Of a DNA stretch of 64,000 nucleotides, positions 18,365-30,146 are shown piece by piece. The notes under the pieces are model-generated. The model was given only the letters and a program-made list of their open reading frames with translations, was not told where the DNA came from and searched no databases. Made by a program: the position numbers and the translations under genes. How positions within the stretch are numbered: the stretch's first letter is position 1; each line of letters starts with the position of its first letter. Origin of the DNA: Dehalococcoidia bacterium (GTDB lineage: Bacteria; Chloroflexota; Dehalococcoidia; UBA2979); NCBI GenBank assembly GCA_965198045.1, contig CBDAOL010000011.1:130704-194703 (forward strand), written 5' to 3'.

Positions 18365-19792
18365 GTGTCCTCGACACGGGGACCCTGCTGGAGCATTTCG
18401 ATGCGCGAGTGGTGGTCTGACACCTTCGTCTCGCTTCGAGAGCCGCGTTACCGCGTGCTGTGGTGGGCGACGCTGGTCAACTTTGCGGCGCTCTGGACCG
18501 CGATCGTGGCGCGCGGGTTCCTGACCTTCGACATCACTGACAGCACCGTAGCGCTCGGCCTGATCTTCTTCGGTTTCGGCATCCCGATGCTGGTGCTGAC
18601 GCCGGTGAGCGGGATCGTCGCCGACCGCGTGCCACGGAAGCCGCTGATGGTCTCGGCGCAGTGGGCGCTCGTGGTCACGAACGCCATCATCGCGGCACTG
18701 ATCCTCGCCGACGCGATCGAGTTCTGGATGCTGTTCGTCGCGGCCATCGCCGAGGGTGCCAGCGTCGCCATTGGCATCCCCGCACGCCAGGCGCTGATCG
18801 GCGACTTCATCGAGGACGACGAGCTGGGCAACGCGATGGCGCTGCAGCAGGTGGGGTTCAACGCAGCGCGGGTGGTGATGCCCTCGGTCGCTGGTGTCCT
18901 GATTGCGATCGAGTTCATCGGCATGGGCTGGACCTTCGTTCTGCTCACGGTGATGTACGCGATCGGGGCGCTGATCATGATGATGGTGCCGTCGGCTCCG
19001 CGCCGACCGATGGCGACCACCTCGTTCGTCAGCGACTTCATCGAGGGCATCCGCTACGTCCGCTCACGGCCCAGCATTCTCACGTTGGTCGGGACGGCGT
19101 ACGTGGTGGAGCTGACGGTCTTCCCGTACTTCGCCTTCCTCCCCGCGTTCGTCGAGGAGATTCTCGGCGCGACCGAGGACCAGGGGACATCGGTCGAACT
19201 CGGCCTGCTGACGACGATCATTGCGGTCGGGGCGCTGGTAACCTCGCTCTGGGTCGCGAACATCGCGGATCGCGCGCACGCGTGGACCGTCTACGTGATC
19301 TCGACGGTGCTCTTCGGCGCGTTGTTGGTCGTGCTGGCCCTTGGTCCCGGCGTCGTGGAGGAGGCCGTCGTCGGGGTGTGGCTGGGCCTCGAGGACTCAA
19401 GCTGGCTCGGCATGGCGCTGACACCCGCGTACATCGGCGCGATGGCGATCGGCGTGGCGATCGGCGGCGCCGAGATCGGATTCTTCGGGCTCAACCAGTC
19501 GCTAACGATGAAGTACGCGCACGAGGACTACTACGGGCGCGTGCAGGCCGTGATGCTGCTCGGCTTCGCGCTGAACGGCTGGGCGGGCTTCCCGATCGGC
19601 ATCCTTGCGGAGGTGATCGGTGTCCGCGAGACCTTCGCCATCCTCGGCGTCGCGGGGGCCGTCAGCGCGGTGCTAGTGCTCATGTGGGGCGCCCGAATGG
19701 GTGCACGCGCAGACGCGGTGTCGCCCGAGGATGTGCTCGAGGCCGACCCCGTCGCGGCGCGGGAGCGGGCGGCGATCGCCGGCTCGGGGTAG
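18365..19792 (+). CDS. MFS transporter
   Basis: 475 aa with 12-14 TM helices; possible start at MREWW (18401). Confidence 0.8.
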   Translation: MSSTRGPCWSISMREWWSDTFVSLREPRYRVLWWATLVNFAALWTAIVARGFLTFDITDSTVALGLIFFGFGIPMLVLTPVSGIVADRVPRKPLMVSAQWALVVTNAIIAALILADAIEFWMLFVAAIAEGASVAIGIPARQALIGDFIEDDELGNAMALQQVGFNAARVVMPSVAGVLIAIEFIGMGWTFVLLTVMYAIGALIMMMVPSAPRRPMATTSFVSDFIEGIRYVRSRPSILTLVGTAYVVELTVFPYFAFLPAFVEEILGATEDQGTSVELGLLTTIIAVGALVTSLWVANIADRAHAWTVYVISTVLFGALLVVLALGPGVVEEAVVGVWLGLEDSSWLGMALTPAYIGAMAIGVAIGGAEIGFFGLNQSLTMKYAHEDYYGRVQAVMLLGFALNGWAGFPIGILAEVIGVRETFAILGVAGAVSAVLVLMWGARMGARADAVSPEDVLEADPVAARERAAIAGSG

Positions 19793-19849
19793 ACTGCCGC
19801 CGCGCCCACCTCGCACGGTGCGACGAGGCGACCGGCGAGCGGAGGCCCG

Positions 19850-20821
19850 ATGACCCAGGAGACGAAGACCCCACCTTCACTCGGCGACTACACCGAGGAG
19901 ATGCGCGCCTGCGCCGAGGCGATCGACCTCGGACCGGCCGCGATCGTGAGGCCGGAGGACCGCTGGGCCGACCTCAACGGTATCCGCTTCCACTACCTCG
20001 ACTGGGGCAACGATCACCTGCCGCACCTGGTGCTGCTGCACGGCGGCTCGCTGACGGCACACACCTGGGACATGGCCTCGCTGCTGCTGCGCGACCGCTA
20101 TCACGTCATCGCACTCGACCAGCGTGGCCACGGTGACACCGGCTGGACGCCCGAGGAGCGGATCGGTGGCGACAACGGCGACCTGATGCTCGACGACACG
20201 AAGGCGTTCCTCGACCACCTCGGCTACGACCACGTCGTGCTCTGCGGCATGTCGATGGGCGGCATGAATGCGATCCGCTACGCCGCGCGCGACTCGGAAC
20301 GCCTCGCGGCGCTGATCGTCGTCGACATCGCGCCGGTGACGATGCAGGCGGGGCTGGTCGAGATGGAGCAGTTCCGCGAGGACACCGAGACGATGCACCG
20401 CTTCGAGGACTTCCTCGAGCGGGCGATGCACTTCAACCCGCAGCGCAAGCCGGACCACCTGCGCTACTCGCTGCTGCACAGCCTGAAGCCGATTGAGGAG
20501 GGCTGGACCTGGAAGCAGGACCACCGCCGCCGTCCGATGCCCGAGAACATCACAAAGGAGCGCATCCAGGAGCTGCGGACTGCCCGCGCTGAAGCGATGT
20601 GGTCTGACGTGCGCGCCATCGAGACACCGACCCTGCTGATGCGCGGCGCGCTCAGCAACATCCTCTCGGAGGAGGCAGCCGCCGGAACCGTCGAGGCGAT
20701 GCCCGACTGTGAACTCGTCGTCGTCGAGGGCGCCGGGCACTCAGTACAGGGCGACAACCCGAAGGACTTCGCCGCCGGTCTCGACGCGTTCGTCACGCGT
20801 CGAGGGCTCTTCGACCGCTAG
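19850..20821 (+). CDS. Alpha/beta hydrolase
   Basis: HLVLLHGGSLTAHTW; nucleophile elbow GMSMGG; C-terminal GAGHSVQGD. Confidence 0.85.
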   Translation: MTQETKTPPSLGDYTEEMRACAEAIDLGPAAIVRPEDRWADLNGIRFHYLDWGNDHLPHLVLLHGGSLTAHTWDMASLLLRDRYHVIALDQRGHGDTGWTPEERIGGDNGDLMLDDTKAFLDHLGYDHVVLCGMSMGGMNAIRYAARDSERLAALIVVDIAPVTMQAGLVEMEQFREDTETMHRFEDFLERAMHFNPQRKPDHLRYSLLHSLKPIEEGWTWKQDHRRRPMPENITKERIQELRTARAEAMWSDVRAIETPTLLMRGALSNILSEEAAAGTVEAMPDCELVVVEGAGHSVQGDNPKDFAAGLDAFVTRRGLFDR

Positions 20822-20835
20822 TCGGAGCGACAGGC

Positions 20836-21594
20836 GTGGCACGCGAGCCGAAGTATCACCGGGAGGTCGTCGCGGCGCTTGAGGCGATCGGCGAGCCGCG
20901 ACTCGGTGAACTCGTCCGACTCGACCGAAGGTCCGAGCTCACCCATCTCGGGATCCGCAGCCCCGCTCTGCGCAAGGTCGTGAAGAGCGGCTTTTCGTTC
21001 TACGAGCTCCCGGAGCGCGAGATCCTCGAGGTCTGGGACGCGCTCTGGCACTTCACGCCGTATGGCGACGTGATGTTCGCTGCGCTTGAGTACTACCTGC
21101 CTCGAGTGAGGAAGGACGCCAGCGCTGACATATGGTCCGTCGTGCAGCACTGGAGCGGACGCGTCGACAACTGGGCGCACAGCGACATGCTGTGCAAGGT
21201 CTACTCGTGGATTCTGGCGAGTCACCACGATCAGGTGTACCCACAGCTCGAAGACTGGAACACGCGTGAGGAGGAGTGGCTTCGCCGAATCTCGATCGTG
21301 AGCTTGATCCACTACACAGGCAAAACCGCCGTGTTCCTGCCGCTGAGCGATGTCCTCCCGCTGGTGTCGAACTGCCTCGACGACCACCGTTATTACGTCG
21401 AGAAGGCGGTCGGGTGGGTGCTACGCGAGATCGGCCACACCCATCCGCGCGAGGTCAGGGCCTACCTCAGCGACCATGCTCCCGAGATGTCTGCTTCCGC
21501 GTTCGCGCGCGCCATCGAGCGCCGTCGCCCAGAGGAACGTGCGGCACTCCGGGAGCTGCGGCGGCAGGCGCTCGCCCAGGAGCCGATCGGCTAG
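20836..21594 (+). CDS. DNA alkylation repair enzyme (AlkD/AlkC-like HEAT-repeat glycosylase family)
   Basis: 252 aa; pattern NWAHSDMLC…YYVEKAVGWVLREIG typical of the PF08713 family. Confidence 0.7.
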   Translation: MAREPKYHREVVAALEAIGEPRLGELVRLDRRSELTHLGIRSPALRKVVKSGFSFYELPEREILEVWDALWHFTPYGDVMFAALEYYLPRVRKDASADIWSVVQHWSGRVDNWAHSDMLCKVYSWILASHHDQVYPQLEDWNTREEEWLRRISIVSLIHYTGKTAVFLPLSDVLPLVSNCLDDHRYYVEKAVGWVLREIGHTHPREVRAYLSDHAPEMSASAFARAIERRRPEERAALRELRRQALAQEPIG

Positions 21595-22815
21595 AACCCG
21601 TCTGGGCACCACGGCACGTACTCAGTCGCGAAGATTCGGTCGGCCCGCTTGAGGACCGCGTCGTCGGCGGCCTCGATCAGACCCGCGCGCGCCAGCTGCG
21701 TCGCCGGTGCGTTGCCCGACAGCAGCACCGCGAGCTGTGTGGGGCGCATCGTCAGGCCCGGCGACTCGGTTGTACGCGTCACCGTCGTCTCCTCGCCGTT
21801 TGTCTCGAGGCGGTAGCTGCCGATGTTCCAGTCGGCGATGTCGTCCTCGACGACGCGGATCGTCAGCGCGCCCTCGTCGCCGTAGGGACGCTGCGGCAGT
21901 GCCGCCTCGACGTCGGTGATGCGCATCCAGATGCCGTCGCCGCTGGTGCTGCGCAGATCGCGCGGCTCGAGCAGCGCGAATGGTGCGGCAGCGCCCGGGT
22001 CGTAGTTCCACCAGCGCACGCGATCGACGAGGTCGTGCGCGGCCACGAAGTTCCAGAGACCGCGCTCCGCGTCCGGGTCGAGCGCGATCGCTTCGCGCAC
22101 CTCCATGAACTGGTCGGGGCCCGGCTCCAGCATGATCGGCTGGTTGTAGTCACGCTCACGGATCGTGAACGTCAGGTACCCCGTCGCTGCGCCTGGGGCG
22201 TCGTGATAGACGCCGTAGCGCTGCTTCTTGTCGTTCAGACGCGCGTCCCAGAGCTGCGGCGCGCGATCGATCATCAGGTTCCGCGGGCGTCGAAACTCGC
22301 GGTAGATGCCCTCGAGGAGCGGCCGCGCCTCGTCCTTCTCCATCACGCGCACGGCGCCGCTCGACTCGGGTGCGGCGTCGTTGAAGGCGACGTTGCGAGG
22401 CTGGAGCATCAGCGTGCGCGACATCGTGGCGAGCCCGTAGCCGAAGCGCTGGTAGATCGCGCCGAACGAGGGCCACAGGATCGCGATCGACTGGCCGCGG
22501 GCGCGCTCGTCCGAGATCGCCTGCGTCATGACCTCCCGCAACAGGCCCTGACGGCGGAACTCAGGGTACGTACCGACCGCCGTGACGGCGGCCATCTGCA
22601 CCGGCGCGCCGTTGAGGCGCACCTGGAACGGGTAGGCGCCGAAGCTCGTGGCGATCCGACCATCCGACGAAGGCGGCGTGCGTCCACTCTGGCTGCAGCG
22701 CGCCAGGGCTCTCCGCCTGCTCCTCGGGCGTGCGGCTGTCGGCGAATACGTAGCTGGGGACGCGGCCGAACTCGGCCATTTCGTCCGCGGTGACGGGGCG
22801 AATCTCAACGCTCAC
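21591..22815 (-). CDS. Eis-like GNAT N-acetyltransferase (GNAT plus SCP2-like C-terminus); N-terminal frameshift near 22650-22700
   Basis: N-terminus MSVEIRPVTADEMAEFGRVPSYVFADSR in ORF 22561..22815; body in ORF 21591..22808 (AVTAVGTYPEFRRQGLLREVM…ILWPSFGAIYQRFGYG). Confidence 0.75.
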
Positions 22816-22942
22816 GTGGTCCCTCTCCTGTTCGGCAGCGCGCTTTCCACACCGCCGAGCGGCTCGCGCCGACGCGATCCTGGCGTCGGCGTACAGGGAC
22901 GGTAACGCATGAGAACGCGATCGGTTGCCAGCTCAGTCGGGC

Positions 22943-25465
22943 CTACGCCTCGGTGGCCTCGCCCTGCAGCGCGCCGACGATACCGCGTTCGATCAGGTCG
23001 GTGATCGCCGCCTCGTCGTACCCGAGCTCGCCAAGGATGCGCTCGCTGTCCTCGCCGGCGAGCACGCCCGCGCCGAGGGTCATGGGCGAGCGTCGCGTGC
23101 GTGTGACCGGGCCGTGCCGCACGAGTTCGCCCCACTGCCCGTGCTGGCTGACGGTGGTGTACTCGTTGACCTTCACGTGCTCGTCGTCGAGCCAGAACTC
23201 GCTGGGCACCGGTCCATCAGCGCGCACGCAGCCGAGGCCGACGATCGCGAGCAGCTGCTCCCAGGCGTCGGCCGTGTCGGTCTTGAACAGCTCGGACAGC
23301 AGCGCCGTCAGCTCCTCGGCGTTAGCCGCCCGTAATTCGCGGGTGGCGAAGCGCGGATCGACGGACAGCTCAGGCGCCTCGATGCGGCGGCAGAAGCGCT
23401 GCCACTCCTTCTCCTGCACCAGTCCGAGGAACACCCAACCCTCGCTGCACTCGTAGAGGCGGTAGGTCGGGCCTGTGCCGTAGAGGTCGGCGTTCGTCTC
23501 GCCGCGTGGCTCCTTGCCCTCGTACCAGACGAAGTCGTCGGCGTTGGCCCAGGCGTTCGCGCCGAACATGTCGACGAACACCTGCTGCCCCTCGCCGCTC
23601 GCGCGGCGCGCGTACAGCGCCAGCAACGTCGAGGCGGCGATCACCGACGAGGTGTTCGGGTCCGGGTTCACCTCGTTCGCCCGGAACAGGCGACGTGCCG
23701 TTTCGCGGAAGTCGTCGAACGTCTCGTCGGTCTCGGGGATGCCACCCGACTGCCGGAGCGCACCGCCGACGCCGGCGCCGGGGATCGGGTGCGTCGAGGG
23801 GCGGTGGGCGCTCGGCCCGTCAGAGCCGTACCCGTTGGCCTGCAGATAGACGATGTCCGGCTTGATCGCCTTCACGTCCTCGTAGCCGATGCCGAGCCGC
23901 TCCGGAACGCCCGGCCGGTAGTTGTGCATCACCACGTCGGTCTGCTCGAGGAGCTGGCGCACGACCGCCTGGCCCTCCTTGCTCTTGAGGTCGAGGCAGA
24001 TCGATTCCTTGGAGGCGTTCGTCTTGATCGCGCCGATGCCGCCCATGTTGCGGTACGGGTCGCCGCCGATCGGCTCGACCTTGATCACCCGTGCGCCGAG
24101 GTCGGCGAGCATCGAGGCGCCCAGCGGCGTTGCGATGATGGTCGCGAACTCGAGGATGGTCACGCCATCGAGCGCTGGTTGCGGCTCGCCCTCCCCGGGG
24201 CGGGGCTGCCACGGCTGCCGGCCGTCGCCCAGGACCTCGAGCGTGTGCTGGCCGGGCAGGGGGATCGCGCCCTCGACTGCGCCGGGGGTCGCGGTGAGCT
24301 TCGCGAGCAGGCCGAGCTCCTTCATCGGATCCCGCGGCTCACCCTGGGCGTAGTAGCCGAGCGCTGCCTCGGTGACGGAGATGCCCTCCTTCATCTTCAG
24401 CGGCCCGCGCGGATCCTCGACCTCCATCACGTGCTGGTTCTCGATCATGTCGGGGTCGAGCAGCGCCTCTTGCGTCGACTGGAACGGGTGCGCCACGACG
24501 TCGCCGTGGTCGGAGAAGATCTGCATCCACTCGGCGGCGGTCTTCTCGCGCATGCGGTCGAACATGCGCTCGCGGAACTCCTCGCGGAACTCCCCGTCCC
24601 AGAGCGCGGGCGGGCCCACGGCTCGCGGGTCGGCGTAGACATCGATCAGGTCGGTCGCGGTGAGGAAGTTGTCGAAGAGGTGCTGCAGCAGGTTGCCCAG
24701 CTGGATCCAGCGCCCGTCCTTGGTCGGCACCGGGTGGTAGTTGAGGGTCGGCATGCGGTATGGGTCCGCCCGCGGGTCGATCTGGAACTCTTCGAGGCCG
24801 CGCCGCCGCAGCTGGAGGTGGTAGAGCCCGCCCAGTTCGTAGGGCAACAGGCCCTGCAGCATGCTGGTCTCGACGTACTGGCCGAAGCCCAGCCGGTCGC
24901 GCGCCAGCAGCCCGGCGAGGATGCCCTGCACCGCCCCCAGGGCCGCCGCGTGCGAGGCGACGTTCACCGCTGCGAAGGCGGGCCCTTCGCGGTTCGGCAG
25001 CCCGGCGAAGGCGGCCATGCGGCCGGCCTTGGCAGCCACGACGCCCTCGTACCCGGGGTAGCCCACGTACGGCCCGTAGGGGCCAAAGCCAGAGATCTGG
25101 CAGTAGACGAGCCCCGCGTTGCGGTAATTCAACACGTCGTAGTCGCAGCCGAGATCGACGGCGGCGTGGCCTCGATAGGAGGTGATGACCACGTCGGCGG
25201 TCTCGACCAGGGTGAACAGCCGGTCGCGTTCGACCTCGCGGTGCAGGTCCAGTTCGACCGAGCGCTTGCCACGCAGCCACATTGGCGCGTTGGCCAGGAA
25301 GCGGAAGGGGTCGCCGCCGGGGCGCTCGACCTTGATCACATCGGCGCCGAAGTCAGCGAGGATCATCGTCGCGATGCCGCCGACCGGCCCGTTGGTCAGG
25401 TCGATCACGCGAATGTCGCTGAGCGGACCGGCCACCTCGACGCTCCCTTCCACCCCGATCATCAC
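22943..25465 (-). CDS. Tandem-domain family III CoA-transferase (two fused CaiB/BaiF domains, 840 aa)
   Basis: Two copies of the signature (VIDLTNGPVGGIATMILADFGADVIKVERP… and ILEFATIIATPLGASMLADLGARVIKVEPI…). Confidence 0.85.
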   Translation of the reverse strand: MMIGVEGSVEVAGPLSDIRVIDLTNGPVGGIATMILADFGADVIKVERPGGDPFRFLANAPMWLRGKRSVELDLHREVERDRLFTLVETADVVITSYRGHAAVDLGCDYDVLNYRNAGLVYCQISGFGPYGPYVGYPGYEGVVAAKAGRMAAFAGLPNREGPAFAAVNVASHAAALGAVQGILAGLLARDRLGFGQYVETSMLQGLLPYELGGLYHLQLRRRGLEEFQIDPRADPYRMPTLNYHPVPTKDGRWIQLGNLLQHLFDNFLTATDLIDVYADPRAVGPPALWDGEFREEFRERMFDRMREKTAAEWMQIFSDHGDVVAHPFQSTQEALLDPDMIENQHVMEVEDPRGPLKMKEGISVTEAALGYYAQGEPRDPMKELGLLAKLTATPGAVEGAIPLPGQHTLEVLGDGRQPWQPRPGEGEPQPALDGVTILEFATIIATPLGASMLADLGARVIKVEPIGGDPYRNMGGIGAIKTNASKESICLDLKSKEGQAVVRQLLEQTDVVMHNYRPGVPERLGIGYEDVKAIKPDIVYLQANGYGSDGPSAHRPSTHPIPGAGVGGALRQSGGIPETDETFDDFRETARRLFRANEVNPDPNTSSVIAASTLLALYARRASGEGQQVFVDMFGANAWANADDFVWYEGKEPRGETNADLYGTGPTYRLYECSEGWVFLGLVQEKEWQRFCRRIEAPELSVDPRFATRELRAANAEELTALLSELFKTDTADAWEQLLAIVGLGCVRADGPVPSEFWLDDEHVKVNEYTTVSQHGQWGELVRHGPVTRTRRSPMTLGAGVLAGEDSERILGELGYDEAAITDLIERGIVGALQGEATEA

Positions 25466-25557
25466 GCGCGCCGCCGGAGGCGCAGGCTCCGCATGTTAGG
25501 TCAGCCCGCGCCCGCGTCCCAGTGGCCTCGGCGCGACGAGGATCCTCGACCGAGCGG

Positions 25558-26799
<1,242 letters not shown>

Positions 26800-26864
26800 G
26801 ACTCCACCACGATGCGGCTCACCATCGCATGTTCTCCGCGATCCTCGTCACGCTGCTGCTGGCT

Positions 26865-27935
26865 TCAGCGCACCGCCGTGACCGTGCGTGAGCCTCGCGT
26901 TGCCGGCGCTCGGCGTCCGAGGTCGCGCGTGATGGCAGCGAACCGCTCGATGTCGGGAACGCGATCCTCGGCGATGAGGCGCCGGCCGTGTTCGCGCGCG
27001 AGGTCGCCGGAATGTGCGGTGCCGCGCGCCTCCGCGAAGCCGGCGTCGAGGAGTGCGGCGACGAGCCAGTCGGTCGTCCAGCGCTGCAGTTCTACGACGA
27101 GCGAACGCTCGGCGTGCGGTGCCAGCTGTTCGAGCAGAGCTAGGCCGAGGTCCGAGCCCGCCTCGAGGAGCGTTTCGCCGAGCGCCCGCGGCGCGTCCGC
27201 CCCGGCGACCAGTGCCTCGCGGTGGATGGTCGCCGCCTCGCCGTCGGCAGGGAGCACGAGGACCGAGCGCCGCTCCCGTGGCGGGTCCTGGTCGCGGCGC
27301 GTGTACTGGTAGAGCAACCGCGGCGAGCCATCGGGTGCGACACCTTCGAGCAACGCGATGGTCTCGAGGCGCGGGCGTGGCAGCTCCCACACCTGGTAGG
27401 AGGCCCGCAGCACCCCGCTCGGTCGCAGCACGCGGCCGATCTCCCGCAGCGCTGCCAGCGGATCTGCCGCCTCCTCGAGCGAGGCGGCGGCGGTCGCGAG
27501 GTCGATCGAAGCGTCGGCCAGCGGGAGCCCTGCCGCGTCGCCCGCAATGAACGAGGCGTTTGCGATGCCCAGCCGGAGCCCGTTCGCGCGACAGACCCCG
27601 ACGCGCCGGGGCGAGGGGTCGATGCCGATCACCCGAGCGTCGGGGAGCGAGTGCGCCAACGGCAGGGCGGGCCAGCCGTCGCCGGGGCCGACGTCGAGGA
27701 CCGTACCGCCGCCTCGGACGGTGGCCGGCAGGTGCGAGGCGTAGTCGGCGACGCGGGCGGCGTCGGCCCAGTGCCGCTCCTGTCGTGGGTCATACGGCAC
27801 GTCGACGAAGGAGAGCCGGCTGCTGCCCTGCCGTGGCGTCAGCTCGTAGATGCCGCCCGCCGAACTCACCGCCTCGGGCGGTGCGAGTTCACGCCAGCGG
27901 CGTTCGATGGTGGTCGGTTCGAGGTCGGTGTTCAC
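26865..27935 (-). CDS. Class I SAM-dependent methyltransferase
   Basis: VLDVGPGDGWPAL (motif I), IDPSPRRV…, RVLRPSGVL (post-I and II motifs). Confidence 0.75.
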   Translation of the reverse strand: MNTDLEPTTIERRWRELAPPEAVSSAGGIYELTPRQGSSRLSFVDVPYDPRQERHWADAARVADYASHLPATVRGGGTVLDVGPGDGWPALPLAHSLPDARVIGIDPSPRRVGVCRANGLRLGIANASFIAGDAAGLPLADASIDLATAAASLEEAADPLAALREIGRVLRPSGVLRASYQVWELPRPRLETIALLEGVAPDGSPRLLYQYTRRDQDPPRERRSVLVLPADGEAATIHREALVAGADAPRALGETLLEAGSDLGLALLEQLAPHAERSLVVELQRWTTDWLVAALLDAGFAEARGTAHSGDLAREHGRRLIAEDRVPDIERFAAITRDLGRRAPATRGSRTVTAVR

Positions 27936-28018
27936 GATGGATACAGAAACTCATGATCGATACAGAACGGCGGCGCAGCTGCGCCCCCGTTCACTCGTCA
28001 ACTTCCGCCACGCGGGTG

Positions 28019-28441
28019 CTACGGGTCGACGCGAGCGGTCGCCTCGCCCGTGACAACGGCCTGGCCGTCCTGGTTCGAGGTCACCAGCGCCAGGTCGACG
28101 AAGTGCTCGCCACCCTCCTCGCGGATGCCCTCGACGGTGGCCGCGGCGGTCAGTGAGTCGCCGGGCCAGACCTGCGAGACGAAGCGGACGCCGAACTTGG
28201 TCAGGCGGCCGTCGCCGACCCAGGTGGTCAGCATCGTCCCCGTCAGGCCCATGCTGAGCATGCCGTGCGCGAAGACGCTCCGGTAGCCGCCGATCTCCTT
28301 CGTGAACACCTCGTCGGTGTGCAGCGGGTTGTAGTCGCCGGAGGCGCCGGCGTACTGCACGATCTGCGTCCGGCTGAGGTTGTCGGCGACGAGCTGCTCG
28401 TGCAGGTCGCCCACGCTGAGTTCGCTTGCCTTCAGTGGCAT
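28019..28441 (-). CDS. MaoC-like (R)-specific enoyl-CoA hydratase, hotdog fold (HadB/ChsH-like subunit)
   Basis: 140 aa; YAGASGDYNPLHTDEVF motif. Confidence 0.85.
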   Translation of the reverse strand: MPLKASELSVGDLHEQLVADNLSRTQIVQYAGASGDYNPLHTDEVFTKEIGGYRSVFAHGMLSMGLTGTMLTTWVGDGRLTKFGVRFVSQVWPGDSLTAAATVEGIREEGGEHFVDLALVTSNQDGQAVVTGEATARVDP

Positions 28442-28451
28442 CGTTCGCCCC

Positions 28452-28952
28452 CTAGCCCTGGTCCACGACGCGCTCGGTGCGCACGCCCACGGAGCGGGCG
28501 GTGATCACGAGCTCGTCGTTCTCGTCGTAGTACTCGGTGATGGACTCGCTGAACGTCAGCTTGCCCGCACGTCGGCCCTCGCGCTCCCAGGTCTTGCCGG
28601 GCTTGTTCACGGCGTGCAGGACATCGCCAGCGCGCAGTTGTCGGTGGTACTCGAAGTGCTGCTCCGCGTGGAGGCCGGTGCCGCCACCGCCACCCCCACC
28701 GCCGCCGCCCTCGCGCTTCACGCCCGTGGCCTCGCGGCCGGAGCCGAACCACGGCTCGCCGATCCTCGGACGAAGGCCGGCGCTGGGGTCGAACTGTGAC
28801 GAGGCCTGCACGAACGTCGGTGGGGCGATCATGCCGCCGGGCTCCGTCGTCTTCGCGTACTCCTCGTCGTAGTAGATCTGGTTCGTGTCACCGACGGCAC
28901 GGGCGAACATCATGATGTGCCCGGCCTCGATGGGGAATCGGTCAACGGCCAT
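28452..28952 (-). CDS. N-terminal hotdog (FAS1-like dehydratase/MaoC N-terminal type) subunit, with an inserted Gly10 tract
   Basis: Start at MAVDRFPIEAGHIMMFARAVGD…; stop overlaps the next gene's region, so it is translationally coupled to the MaoC gene; contains GGGGGGGGGG. Confidence 0.75.
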   Translation of the reverse strand: MAVDRFPIEAGHIMMFARAVGDTNQIYYDEEYAKTTEPGGMIAPPTFVQASSQFDPSAGLRPRIGEPWFGSGREATGVKREGGGGGGGGGGTGLHAEQHFEYHRQLRAGDVLHAVNKPGKTWEREGRRAGKLTFSESITEYYDENDELVITARSVGVRTERVVDQG

Positions 28953-28961
28953 CCTGCTACC

Positions 28962-28991
28962 TCTCTGCGCGTCTCTGCGCGTCTCTGCGCG
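28962..28991. repeat. 10-bp tandem repeat TCTCTGCGCG ×3 immediately upstream of the hotdog gene RBS
   Basis: Read directly from the sequence: ctctctgcgcgtctctgcgcgtctctgcgcgtcgcg; on the coding (minus) strand it lies at -10 to -40 relative to the ATG. Confidence 0.8.
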
Positions 28992-29084
28992 TCGCGCTGG
29001 TCTCGCCGCCTGCTCTGGGCGCACGCGGGCGCGGACGGATTCTAGCGGGCGTTCGCGCTTGAGGGGACGCCTGCTCCGAGCGCG

Positions 29085-30095
29085 CTAGTCCAGCACGCCG
29101 ACGTCGCGCATCAGCGCCAGCGTCGCCTCGAGGTCCTCGAGGCGCCCGAGGTCGATCGCCAGCGGCTGCAGCTCATCGATCGAGGGCACGTCTGCGTTCG
29201 CTTCGACCGAGGCCACCACCGGGTACTCGTATGTCTCGTCCGCGAAGTAGCGCTGCGCTGTGTCGCTGAGCAGGAACGCGACGAGCTCCGCGGCTTCGTC
29301 GCCGTGGTCGGCAGCGTTGAGGATGCCAACGCCCGCCACGTTGATCAGTGTGCCGACGTCGCCGGGGGCGGTGTAGTGGTTGCGGGCGCCAAAGCCATCG
29401 CCCTCCTCAGCCAGAAAGCGATGCAGGTAGTAGTGGTTGACGAAGCCGATGTCGACCTCGCCGGCAGCGACGGCCGCCACGGTCGGCGTGTTCTTCGCGT
29501 ACACGATCGGATCGTTCGCCTGGATGCCCTCGAGCCAGCCGCGAGCGGCCTCCTCGCCCTCGACGAGACGCAGCGCGGTGACGAACGCCTGGAACGAGCC
29601 ATTTGTGGGCGGCCAGCCGATGCGGCCCGCCCACTGGGGGTCAGTGAAGTCGAGGATCGATGCCGGCAGATCCTCGGGCGAGAGCCGCTCCGTGTTGTAC
29701 ACCACAACGCGAGCGCGGCCGGAGACGCCGACCCACGCGCCCGAGGGCGCACGCAGCGTCTCCTGCGCGCGTTCGAGCACCTCGTCGTCGAGCTCCGCGA
29801 AGAGCCCTGCCGCCTCGACGGCGCCCAGCGCGCCGGCGTCCTGCGCAAAGAACACGTCTGCGGGGCTGCGGTCGCCCTCCTCGAGCAGCAGTGCCGCCAG
29901 CTCCGCCGTGCCGCCATAGCGCACCCGCACCTCGATGCCCGTCTCTTGCGTGAACCGTTCGAGGATCGGCGCCACCAGCTCCTCGCTCCGACCGGAGTAG
30001 ATCGTCACGCTTCGCCCATCGTCACCGCTGCAGGCGTTGGCCAGCGTAGCGGCAAGCAGGAGTGAGGGGAGGGCGAGTCGGAACCATCGGTGCAT
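29085..30095 (-). CDS. ABC transporter substrate-binding protein, Fe(III)/thiamine (FbpA/AfuA/TbpA) family
   Basis: 336 aa; signal peptide then lipobox-like LANAC; solute-binding protein family 1 fold. Confidence 0.8.
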   Translation of the reverse strand: MHRWFRLALPSLLLAATLANACSGDDGRSVTIYSGRSEELVAPILERFTQETGIEVRVRYGGTAELAALLLEEGDRSPADVFFAQDAGALGAVEAAGLFAELDDEVLERAQETLRAPSGAWVGVSGRARVVVYNTERLSPEDLPASILDFTDPQWAGRIGWPPTNGSFQAFVTALRLVEGEEAARGWLEGIQANDPIVYAKNTPTVAAVAAGEVDIGFVNHYYLHRFLAEEGDGFGARNHYTAPGDVGTLINVAGVGILNAADHGDEAAELVAFLLSDTAQRYFADETYEYPVVASVEANADVPSIDELQPLAIDLGRLEDLEATLALMRDVGVLD

Positions 30096-30146
30096 CGTCA
30101 GATTCCCGGCCGAATAAGGGAGGGGTGTGCGAGCGAAGATCTTGTC

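Noticed and set aside
28962-28991. Short direct repeats considered as a CRISPR array
   Set aside because: Only three 10-bp units with no spacers. No other repeat-spacer architecture or cas genes are in the window.
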